Assembly: GCA_963775425.1 (NCBI GenBank)
Contig: CAVZJB010000013.1
Span: 192,001-256,000, forward strand
Source: an uncultured delta proteobacterium
GTDB taxonomy: Bacteria > Myxococcota > UBA727 > VGSZ01
Length of the DNA: 64,000 nucleotides
Direction: 5' to 3'
The notes under the pieces were generated by a model that saw nothing but the letters and a program-made list of their open reading frames with translations, was not told the origin of the DNA and ran no database searches. Shown here in pieces: positions 8,385 through 19,918 of this stretch. Each line of letters starts with the position of its first letter. The first letter of the stretch is position 1. The translations under genes and the position numbers were made by a program.

Positions 8385-9692
8385 TTATGGGAACAATTCG
8401 GACAGCGGGCCGCCGTTGGGGCGGGCGACGTAGACGCCGACGAGGCACATCTCGTCCTGCGTGCCCTCGCCCCACACGACGTCGGTGCTGCGCCCCATGG
8501 TGTCGTAGGTGCACGCGATGTCGATGACGTCGGAGGCGCGCACGCGCACGGGCTGGTCGTAGAGGAACAGCTCCTGCCAGTGGAAGTCCCAGCGCCAGAC
8601 GTCGGCCATGCAGAAGTCGTCCTCGGGCTTGTCGTCGTTGAGGGGGTGCACGGAGAAGCGCAGGGTCTGCCCGAGCTGGTGCATGTGGGGGAAGACGCCG
8701 TAGATGTCGATGTCGTCGGTCATGCCCGCGAGCGCGTAGCTGAACTCGAACTTGCCGCTCCTCTGCCCGGGCGGGACGTCGAGGTCGGTGTCGGCGATGA
8801 GGGCGATGGCCGCCTCCTTCTCCACCGTGGGCTGGGTGCGCAGCTTGAGCCCGGTGACGTCGGGGACGGGCGCGCCGGCGAGGAGGTTGTAATGGATCTG
8901 CATGACGAGCTTGCGCCCGCCCTTGACGAAGAGGCCGGTGCCCTTGGGGTACTCGACGACGTTCTTGCCCGGGGCCCAGCCCGCGAGGAAGTTGACGTTG
9001 CCGTCGGCGAAGTTGGCGAAGCAGGTGAAGCCCGGGCCGGGATCGGAGTCATCGAGGTCCTGCGCGGCCTGTTCGGTCTGCTGGTCGAGCGTGCCCACGA
9101 TGATCATGTGGTGCACCTCCTGCGGCTGCCCCGGCAGGATCTCGAAGCCGGTGACGTAGCCGTCCTCCTCGGGGCCGTCGACGAGGAAGCAGCGGTAGTC
9201 GTCGTTCGGGTGCTCGGCGTCGCCGTGGGGCAGGTACTCCTCGGACATCTCCACGAAGACGTTGGCGTCCTCGAGGCTTGGCACGGTGGGCAGCGCGGGC
9301 GGCGGGCCGACGTCGTCTCCCTCGGGGGCGCCGGCGTCGGCCCAGTCCTGGAAGGTCTGGATCTGATCGTCGGTGAGCCAGCGGCCGTTTTCGAAGGTGC
9401 GGCAGGTGCCGGACGCGTCGATGTTGGACGGCGGCATGAGGCGAGAGCTGACGGCGAAGGCGATCTCCTGCGCGTGCGCCTGGGCGTCGGCGTAGCTCAC
9501 CAGCGGGAACGGCGCGATGCCGCCGTCCTGGTGGCACTGCGCGCAGCTCGTCGCGATCATCGGCGCGATGTCCTGGTGGTACGTCGGGCCCTGCGCCTGC
9601 GGGCACGCCGCGGCGACGAAGGCGACCGCGGCGAGCGGGGCCAGGAGCGCCAGCGGCAACGCGGACGCGACGGTGAAGACACGCTTGGACAT
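8385..9692 (-). CDS. Lipoprotein: c-type heme motif plus copper type II (PHM/DBH-like) monooxygenase domains
   Basis: Lipobox-like VAAAC; CAQCH; DDYRCF, VHHMII, MQIHY, FPHMHQLG, WDFHWQ, GEGTQDEMC. Confidence 0.85.
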   Translation of the reverse strand: MSKRVFTVASALPLALLAPLAAVAFVAAACPQAQGPTYHQDIAPMIATSCAQCHQDGGIAPFPLVSYADAQAHAQEIAFAVSSRLMPPSNIDASGTCRTFENGRWLTDDQIQTFQDWADAGAPEGDDVGPPPALPTVPSLEDANVFVEMSEEYLPHGDAEHPNDDYRCFLVDGPEEDGYVTGFEILPGQPQEVHHMIIVGTLDQQTEQAAQDLDDSDPGPGFTCFANFADGNVNFLAGWAPGKNVVEYPKGTGLFVKGGRKLVMQIHYNLLAGAPVPDVTGLKLRTQPTVEKEAAIALIADTDLDVPPGQRSGKFEFSYALAGMTDDIDIYGVFPHMHQLGQTLRFSVHPLNDDKPEDDFCMADVWRWDFHWQELFLYDQPVRVRASDVIDIACTYDTMGRSTDVVWGEGTQDEMCLVGVYVARPNGGPLSELFP

Positions 9693-9818
9693 GGCCTCTC
9701 ATGCCGCGGTGCGCCGCGCGTCGCAATGCAGTTCGGGCGGATTCCCCCATCGTCAACGGCCGTGTGGTCTCGTGTAGCCGCATGTAGGACGCGCGCGAAT
9801 TTGGCTTAGGATGCCCGC

Positions 9819-11127
9819 GTGCTCGCGCTCCTCGCGCTCCTCGCCGCCGCCCCCCGACGCGCCCGCCGACGCGCCGGCGGACGCCCCCGCGGACGACGCG
9901 CCCGCCGACGACGCGCCCGCCGACGACGCGCCCGCCGACGACGCGCCCGGGGCGTTTTCCTTCGCGGCGGTGCCGACGGCGACGTTCGACACCGACGAGG
10001 GCTTCGGCACCGGCGGCGTCGTCACGCTCTACCACCACACGGTCTTCGCCGACGGCAGCGAGGTGAAGCCGTACCGGGACGCCGTCACCTTCAACCTCTT
10101 CATCTCGTCGAAGCTGGTGCAGCACCACGCCATCACGTGGGACGCCGTGAAGCCCTTCGACATCGACGGCCGCGCCTACGCGCGCCTCGGCTACTACTCC
10201 ACCGTCTCGGAGAACTACTGCGGCGTCGGCAACGACGTCACCTGCGCGCCCGGCGAGGCCGAGGCCCACGCCGACCTCCTCGGGCTCGACCCCGGCTCCG
10301 TCGCCCGCGACGACTTCGTCCGCCACTACTACCTGATGCGCTTCATCCGGCCGTACGCCACGGCCATCGTGCGCCCGTGGCTGCGTGACAAGCCATATCG
10401 CACCGAGCTCTTGTTCGGCTGGCGCGGCGCGCTCACCGTCCCCGGCGACCTCGGCGACAAGGGCCCCTACCCGGGCAGCCTGTTCGCCCTCGATCACCCC
10501 GGCGGCGAGGCGGGCTTTTCGAGCGTGCCCTTCGCCGGCGTCATCGTCGACGACCGCGACGACGAGGTGTTCCCCACGCGCGGCATCTACGCCGAGGGCA
10601 GCGTGCGCGCCTCGAGCCCCTTTTGGGGCTCGTCGTGGACGTGGGCGGGCGCCGACCTGCAATTGCGCTCGTTCTTCGAGCTCATGCACGCGCCCGAGGT
10701 GGTGCTCGCCACGCGCGTGCTCGGCGACGTCATCGCCGGCGACCCGTCCGTCGAGGACATGGCCCGCGTCGGCGGCACCGAGGACGCCATCGCCTTCGGC
10801 GGAAACCGCATCGGCCGCGGCGTGCGCGAGCAGCGCTACCTCGGGCGGCTCAAGGGCATCGCGCAGGCGGAGCTGCGGGCCAAGCTCTTCGACACGCTCC
10901 TGTTCGGGCAGCGCTTCAACCACGGCGTGGCCGTGTTCTCCGACGTCGGCTGGATCGGCCGGAGCTTCGAAGACCTCGGCGCGCACCCGCTGAAGCTCCT
11001 GTCGGGCGTGGGCATCTCGTATCGGCTGCTGTGGAACGAAGCGTTCTCCATCCGCGCCGATCTCGCCGTCTCCCCCGATGAAGCCGAGGGCCCCGGCTTC
11101 TACGTCATCGTCGGCCAGGTCTTCTGA
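9819..11127 (+). CDS. Omp85/BamA-TamA-like outer-membrane beta-barrel protein, with an apparent +1 frameshift just after the signal peptide
   Basis: AVPTATFDTDEGFGTG, DDRDDEVFPTRG, RGVREQRYLG, AELR, C-terminal YVIVGQVF. Signal peptide MLALLALLAAAP starts at GTG 9819 in another frame and joins the body if one C is removed from C6 at 9850-9855. Confidence 0.8.
9856..9948 (+). repeat. 12/15-bp tandem repeats encoding a (D)DAPA acidic linker
   Basis: Repeated gacgacgcgcccgcc and gacgcgcccgcc-like units. Confidence 0.85.
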
Positions 11128-11159
11128 GGCGGATGGATCGTGCTACTCGTGTTGCCTGA

Positions 11160-11732
11160 GTGGTCCCCGACGCACTTCAGGCCTTCATCGAGTCGCTGCG
11201 CGGCGAGCCGCTGTTGCCGCTCCTGCTGCCCGTGGTCTACGTCGTGTGGGGCGCGCTCTTTCTGCCGGTGTGGCTGCTCATCCTGCAGACCGGGCTGCTG
11301 ATCGATCCGCCGCTGTCGTCCGTCGTCGCCCTCGGCGGCGCCACGCTGTCGGCGCTCGCGTTCTACGGCGTCGGCCGCCTCGCGAGCGGCCCCATCCGCC
11401 GCCGCTTCGGCGCGCACAAGACCATGAAGGCCATCGAGGGCGCGGGCATCGAGCACGTGATCGCGCTGCGCGTGCTGCCGGTGTTGCCCTTCACGCTCGT
11501 CAACGTCGCCGCGGGCGCGCTCGGCGTGCGCTTCACGACGTACGCGGGCGGCACGGTGGCGGGGATGGCGCCGGGCGTCATCGCCGTCACCTTCCTCGGC
11601 GATCGCGCACGCGCGGTGTTCGTGCACCCGACACCGTCGTCGGTGGCGCTGCTCGTCGGCGCCGCCGCCGCGTTCCTCGCCGTCGCCACGGTGATGCGCC
11701 GGGTGGCGCGAAGGCTCCGGAGCGCCCCGTAG
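11160..11732 (+). CDS. TVP38/TMEM64 (DedA/SNARE-associated) family membrane protein
   Basis: Hydrophobic; ALAFYGVGR, LRVLPVLPFTLVNVAAG, YAGGTVAGMAPG. Confidence 0.87.
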   Translation: MVPDALQAFIESLRGEPLLPLLLPVVYVVWGALFLPVWLLILQTGLLIDPPLSSVVALGGATLSALAFYGVGRLASGPIRRRFGAHKTMKAIEGAGIEHVIALRVLPVLPFTLVNVAAGALGVRFTTYAGGTVAGMAPGVIAVTFLGDRARAVFVHPTPSSVALLVGAAAAFLAVATVMRRVARRLRSAP

Positions 11733-11753
11733 GGCGCGGGGCTCGTCCCCCGC
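11729..11753 (+). repeat. GTAG-type REP-like palindrome, copy 1 (its TAG is the stop codon of the TVP38 gene)
   Basis: gtagggcgcggggctcgtcccccgc; near-identical to copies at 39626 and 41133. Confidence 0.75.
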
Positions 11754-11771
11754 TTCCACCGCTGCGGTGGG

Positions 11772-12403
11772 TCAGACCCCGAAGCGCGCCGTGACCACGG
11801 CGGTCCAGTCGTTCAAGAAGTCGTCGCTGGCGAGGTGCATGCGCAGCTCGCGCGGGCGCCCCTTGGAGAAGCGCACCGCCGCCGCGCCCACCCAATCGTC
11901 GCTCGTCACCCGCGACTCGAGGGGCATGCCGTCGACGATGACGCGGGCGCGCTCCGGGCGCCGCCACGCCGCCGGGTCCGTGCCGATCTCGCGCAGCGTG
12001 CGCGCGTCGTCGCCGCGCTCGACGCTCGCCAGCGTGAGCTCGCCCGCGCGCTCGAGCGCGCCGAACACGCGCGACGCGCCGTCCCCGCCGTCGTCCTCCA
12101 CCGCGGCGGCCACCAGCACCACGTCGGCGCCGCGGGGCACCGCCCGCGCCCGCGGGGGCACGCGCACGATCGCGGACGGCGCCACCAACGGGTAGCGCTC
12201 GTGCGGGACGCGCACGCCGAAGACGCCACGAAACGCCGGCACGGGCGTGTCGTCGGGGAACACGGCGTAGCCGGCGACGACGATGACCGGCTCGGGCGCG
12301 CCGCGGAACATGCCGTCGTAGCCGCTCGCCACCTCGAAGCGCACGAGCTCGACCTCGAGCGAACGCGGCCGGTGCTCGAGCGGCGGCGCCCGCCTGACGG
12401 GTT

Positions 12404-12407
<4 letters not shown>
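11772..12407 (-). CDS. Hypothetical protein translationally coupled to the kinase-cyclase
   Basis: ATGA overlap at 12404-12407; globular-looking sequence (YDGMFRGAPEP..VEDDGG..SDDWVG). Confidence 0.65.
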
Positions 12408-15424
<3,017 letters not shown>

Positions 15425-15555
15425 CGCGTCGAGATATACCCCATGCGCGGCATCGGTGATTCGTGTGCGCCGACGTCCCCCTCCGGCCGACCGTCGCGGT
15501 TTTCGCCGTCGTCGTTGGCACCCGGCCCTCCTGCGGCTATCGTCCGGCCTCGCGT

Positions 15556-17148
15556 ATGGCCGACAACGAGATCGACGCAGGCGTGCTCGAGGAGCTCCTC
15601 CAGGCGCTCCTGGAGGTGGCCGCGCGCAAAGACGCCCTCCGCTCGTGGCCCAAAGACCTGGCCCCCGAGAACGATCCGCCCGTCCAGGCCCGCCGGGACG
15701 ACGACGGCACCCTCGGCGTCTTCCGCTTCTTCACCATCATGGAGCCCACCGGCTCCATCGTCCTCGACCCCGTCCGCGACATGACGCCCGAGGAGGCGCG
15801 CGCCCGCATCGAGGGCGTCGACAAGATCAAGGCCGGCGACGAGGTCGGCGTCGAGCTCCCGCTCGGCAGGCTCGCCGCCGTCGCCCTCGCCGACGTCGAG
15901 GCCGTCCGCGCCGGCCGCACCCACCTGTTGCCCGCCCGCATCGTCGAGATGCTCGGGGACCCCGCCCTCGCCGGCGCCGTGTCCGCTCGCCTCTCCGCGC
16001 TGCGCGGCCCGCCGCCGCACGTCCCGCTGCGCAGGCTCGTCACCGACTTCGGCGGCGACGCCGTCGAGTGGACCGCCGTCTGCGGCGACGGCGACGACGA
16101 CGCCCGCGGCGAGCTGGTCGTGCTCGTCGAGCGCGGCGACGAGCACAAGCTCGTCGTCGTCCCCACCGCCACCTCGGCGGCCGGCCACGCGGCCCTCTTG
16201 CGCGCGCTCGCGCCGCTCCCCGACGACGAGAGCCTGTGGCGCTTCCTCGAGGTCGAGGGCCCCGCGCTCCTGTGCGGCGGCGCCGGCTCGCTGTGGTCCG
16301 ACGACGCCGGCAAGGCCCGCGACGAGGGCGACGGCGTCGTCGGCGCGCGCCGGCTCTCGCTCGAGGTGAAGTCCATCGCCGTCGCCCGCGATCCCACGGT
16401 GTACGGCGTGGCGCGCGCGCGCGCCCGGCTCTTGACGTGGGCGGGCGACAAGATCGTCGACGAGCAGGAGGAGGTCATCGGGCTCCCCGTCGACCTGCCG
16501 CGCTTCGTCGACCAGGCCTGGCCAAGCGGCGACGCCCTCGCCCGCGTGCAGGACGCGGCCGGGCGGTTCCGCGCAGAGCTGCAGGCGCGGCTGTCGGCGC
16601 TCCTCGACGCCCGCCGGCCCACCGTCGAGGACGTGCTCGGCGGCGCCGCCATCCTGCGCGTGCTCGCGCGCGCCGCCGAGGGCGTCGTCGACCTCCCCGA
16701 GGGCGGCGCGGAGCCGCCGCAGTTGCGCGAGGTGGAGGGCGGGCCCGAGGACGAGATCGGCCTGCGCCTCGCCGACGTCGGCGTGCTCGTGCTCTCCCCC
16801 GCCGACGACGTCGTCAAGCTGCGCACCGGCGACGAAGATCGCGCGCTCTACGTCGGCGGCGGCATCGTCGACGGCGACGACGCCGCGTGGCGCGCGTGCG
16901 CCCGGATGCTGGCGCGCGCCGTGGAAGAGGCGAGCCTCGACGTCGAGCTGGCGTTCCCCTCCGAGGAGGGCGGTGACGACGTCGAGACCATGCTGTTGTC
17001 GGCGTGGCTGATGTCGCTCGCCCGCCACGAGCCCCTGCGCTGGCCGCCGCGCGCCGACGGCGCCGCGTGCGCCGCCGCGCTCCACCTCGTCGTCGATCGC
17101 TTCGTGGATGGAGGACCCGGGCTCGCCGGCGAAGGCGGCGAGCGATGA
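15556..17148 (+). CDS. Hypothetical protein with an N-terminal NusA-NTD-like domain
   Basis: LEELLQALLEVAARK..GTLGVFRFFTIME..DPVRDMTPEEARAR..IKAGDEVGVELPLGRLAA resembles the NusA N-terminal domain pattern; the rest is divergent. ATGA overlap with the next gene. Confidence 0.6.
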   Translation: MADNEIDAGVLEELLQALLEVAARKDALRSWPKDLAPENDPPVQARRDDDGTLGVFRFFTIMEPTGSIVLDPVRDMTPEEARARIEGVDKIKAGDEVGVELPLGRLAAVALADVEAVRAGRTHLLPARIVEMLGDPALAGAVSARLSALRGPPPHVPLRRLVTDFGGDAVEWTAVCGDGDDDARGELVVLVERGDEHKLVVVPTATSAAGHAALLRALAPLPDDESLWRFLEVEGPALLCGGAGSLWSDDAGKARDEGDGVVGARRLSLEVKSIAVARDPTVYGVARARARLLTWAGDKIVDEQEEVIGLPVDLPRFVDQAWPSGDALARVQDAAGRFRAELQARLSALLDARRPTVEDVLGGAAILRVLARAAEGVVDLPEGGAEPPQLREVEGGPEDEIGLRLADVGVLVLSPADDVVKLRTGDEDRALYVGGGIVDGDDAAWRACARMLARAVEEASLDVELAFPSEEGGDDVETMLLSAWLMSLARHEPLRWPPRADGAACAAALHLVVDRFVDGGPGLAGEGGER

Positions 17149-18470
17149 CGGCCACCGCCCAGGGCGACGGCAAGGGCAAGGGGCGCGAGCGGCGGCGCTT
17201 TCCCCGGCGCGACGTCGAGATCGCGGTGTTCCTGCGCCGAAAGACCGGCGACGTCCGCCTGACGACCTGTGACGTGAGCCGCCACGGCGCCTTCCTGCGC
17301 ACCGAGCAGGCGCTGCCGCTGCGCCAGCTCGTGCAACTGCGCTTCCGCCTGCCCGACGGCGAGATCGACGCGATGTGCATGGTGGCGCGCTGGCTCGACG
17401 CCGATCACCCGCGCGGCCCCGGCGTCGGCGTGGACTTCTTCGCGCTGTCGAAGGACGCGAAGAACGCGTGGGAGCGCTTCCTCCACGAGCTGCGGGAGCG
17501 CGACGCCGCGCAGGGCTTCGACGTCGCGCACACGCCGACGGGGACGGTGGCGCTGCCGCCGAACGTGGGCGTCCCGCTGCCCGAGGCGCGCCCGGCGGCG
17601 CCGGCGACGACGCCCGCCGCGCAGCTCGCGCTCGCGCAGCGGGCGAGCGGCGCTGCGCCGACCATCCCGCCGGTGCCCAAGGACGACGATCCGGCCGACT
17701 GGATGGCGCCGAGCTCCCTCGACCCGAACGCGCGGCGCCGCGCCTCCACGCCGCCCAAGCCGGCGGTCACGGCGCCGACGCCGGTGCCGGCGGTGTTCTC
17801 GCGCGCGCAGCCGCCGCCGCCTCCCGACGACGACAGCCGCCTCGAGCCGAGCATGTTGATGCTGCGGCTGCCGGACCAGGCGGGGGTGGAAGCGTTCATC
17901 GAAAACGAGATCGAGCGCGGCGGCATGTTCCTCAAGACGCTCCTGATGAAGGAGGTGGGACAGAAGGTGGAGGTGGTGCTCGTGCACCCCGACACCGACG
18001 AGGAGTTCCACCTGCCGGGCACCGTCGTGCGCCGCGTGATGACGGGCCCGGCGGAAAGCCGCGGCCTCGGCATCTTCTTCCGCGCGTTGCCGCCCGAGGC
18101 GCACGAACGCCTGCGCGCCTTCGCCGAGAGCGGCGTGGAGGTCGTGGAGCTCGGCACGCCCATCACCCCGCGCCAGGTGGAGCTCGAGGCCGCGGTGGCG
18201 CGCGAGCCCGACAGCGCGGAGGCGCTCGAGGCGCTCGGCTCGTACCTCCTCGACGAGGAGGGCGACCTCGGCGGCGCGCTCACGGCGCTCACCCGGGCGC
18301 TGGTGCTCGGCCCGAGCCAGGTGTCGATCCACGCGTCGCTGGCGCGGGCCTACAGAAAGATCGGCGACGCCGTGAAGGAGCGCGCCCACGAGCGCGTCGC
18401 CGAGGCCCTGATGCTCCACCAGGACCGCCTCAAGGTGCGCCTGGGCGTCGGCGCCCTCGACGACCTCTGA
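17145..18470 (+). CDS. PilZ - Pro-rich linker - degenerate PilZ - TPR protein
   Basis: ERRRFPR..CDVSRHGAFL (RxxxR, DxSxxG); second domain EIERGGMFLKT..GLGIFF; TPR-like AVAREPDSAEALEALG..ALVLGPSQVSIHASLARAY. Confidence 0.85.
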   Translation: MTATAQGDGKGKGRERRRFPRRDVEIAVFLRRKTGDVRLTTCDVSRHGAFLRTEQALPLRQLVQLRFRLPDGEIDAMCMVARWLDADHPRGPGVGVDFFALSKDAKNAWERFLHELRERDAAQGFDVAHTPTGTVALPPNVGVPLPEARPAAPATTPAAQLALAQRASGAAPTIPPVPKDDDPADWMAPSSLDPNARRRASTPPKPAVTAPTPVPAVFSRAQPPPPPDDDSRLEPSMLMLRLPDQAGVEAFIENEIERGGMFLKTLLMKEVGQKVEVVLVHPDTDEEFHLPGTVVRRVMTGPAESRGLGIFFRALPPEAHERLRAFAESGVEVVELGTPITPRQVELEAAVAREPDSAEALEALGSYLLDEEGDLGGALTALTRALVLGPSQVSIHASLARAYRKIGDAVKERAHERVAEALMLHQDRLKVRLGVGALDDL

Positions 18471-18573
18471 TACGTCGCGCGCCGCGAAGCCGCCGGCGGC
18501 GCGTGCGGAACCCGGGGCGCGCATGCGAACGTCGTGGCGCGCGCCCGCGTGGCGCGCGAAAGGAGGCTCGCGG

Positions 18574-19800
18574 ATGACCACCCTGCTGTACCACCGCGAT
18601 CCGTTGCTGCTGTCGTTCGACGCCACCGTCGTCGCCGTCGACGGTGACGGCGTGATCCTCGACGAGACCGCCTTCTACCCCGAGGCCGGCGGCCAGATGG
18701 CCGACCGCGGCGCGCTCGTCGTCGGCGGGCGCCGCCTCGCCGTCGTCGACGTGCAGGTCGACGACGACGGCACGGTGCGCCACGCGCTCGAAGCCGTCCC
18801 CCTCGAAGGCCTCGAGGCCGGTGCCCGGGTCCACGGCGAGATCGATCGCGCGCGGCGCCGCCAGTTCATGGCGCTCCACACCGCGCAGCACATGCTCTCG
18901 CGCGCGCTCATCGAGGAGGCGAACGCCGAGACCGTGAGCGCGCGCCTCGGGGAGAGCGTGTGCACCGTCGACGTCGACGTGGCGGCGCTGTCGGAGGCCG
19001 CGCTCGCCAAGGCGGAGGCGCTCGTGAACAGCGTCGTCGACGACGACGTCGCCGTCCGCGCGTGGTTCCCGAGCGAGGACGAGCTGCGCGCGCTGCCGCT
19101 GCGGCGGCGACCCAAGGTGGCGGAGAACATCCGCGTCGTCGCCATCGGCGCCCCCGACGACCCGACCGCCCCCCTCGACCCCGCGCAGGCGTTCGACCTC
19201 TCGCCCTGCGGCGGCACGCACTGTCTGCGCACGGCCCAGATCGGCCTCGTGCGCGTCGTCGGCCTCGAGCGCTACAAGGGCAAGATGCGCGTGAGCTTCC
19301 AGGCCGGGCCCCGCGCGCGCGCCGAGGTCTTCGAGCGCGCGCGCGTGCTCGAGGGCCTCGCGCACGAGCTCTCGTCGTCGCCGACCGACGTCCCCGCCGC
19401 CCTGGAGCGCCTGCGCGCGCAGGTGAAGGCCGCGCGCGACGACCGCTCCACCGTCGTCGACAGGCTCGCCGCCGTCGTCGCCGCCGAGCTCGCCGCCGCG
19501 GGGCAAGCCGCCGCGCCTCGTCGCGCGGCCGTGGTCGACGGCGACGTCGAGCTCTTGCGCGCCGTGTCCGCGCGCCTCGCGGGCCACCACGAGGTCGACG
19601 CGCTCCTCGCCTGCCCGAGCGCCGACGGGCTCCACGTGCTCCTCATGCGCGCGCCGTCGTCGACGCTCGACTGCGGCGCGCTCTTGAAGAAGATCGCGAG
19701 CGCCGCCGGCGGCAAGGGCGGCGGCAGGCCCGAGCGCGCCGAGGGGCGCGTCCCCGCCGGCGCCGACTTCGTCGCCCTGGTGGACGCCGCGCTGTCGTGA
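18574..19800 (+). CDS. Alanyl-tRNA editing protein (AlaX family, with C-terminal DHHA1-like GGKGGG domain)
   Basis: AGGAGG RBS; LDETAFYPEAGGQMADRG, HTAQHMLS (HxxxH), CGGTH (CxxxH), GGKGGGRPERAEG. Confidence 0.9.
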   Translation: MTTLLYHRDPLLLSFDATVVAVDGDGVILDETAFYPEAGGQMADRGALVVGGRRLAVVDVQVDDDGTVRHALEAVPLEGLEAGARVHGEIDRARRRQFMALHTAQHMLSRALIEEANAETVSARLGESVCTVDVDVAALSEAALAKAEALVNSVVDDDVAVRAWFPSEDELRALPLRRRPKVAENIRVVAIGAPDDPTAPLDPAQAFDLSPCGGTHCLRTAQIGLVRVVGLERYKGKMRVSFQAGPRARAEVFERARVLEGLAHELSSSPTDVPAALERLRAQVKAARDDRSTVVDRLAAVVAAELAAAGQAAAPRRAAVVDGDVELLRAVSARLAGHHEVDALLACPSADGLHVLLMRAPSSTLDCGALLKKIASAAGGKGGGRPERAEGRVPAGADFVALVDAALS

Positions 19801-19804
19801 CGCG

Positions 19805-19918
19805 CTAGCCGTAGCGGACGAGCGCCGACTCGATGAGGGCGCGGACGAGCTCGTCTTCGCCGAGCACCTGATCGAGGTACGCGACCGAGCCCGGCGGCAG
19901 CGGGCCGACGGGGCTCAC
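19805..19918 (-). CDS. Putative 37-aa peptide coupled to the upstream gene
   Basis: GTGA overlap with the stop at 19915-19917; MSPVGPLPPGSVAYLDQVLGEDELVRALIESALVRYG; GC3-rich; fills the gap to the convergent AlaX gene. Confidence 0.4.
   Translation of the reverse strand: MSPVGPLPPGSVAYLDQVLGEDELVRALIESALVRYG

Noticed and set aside
15556-17148. Calling this gene nusA
   Set aside because: No recognisable intact S1/KH GxxG motifs and not in the rimP-nusA-infB context; only NTD-like similarity.
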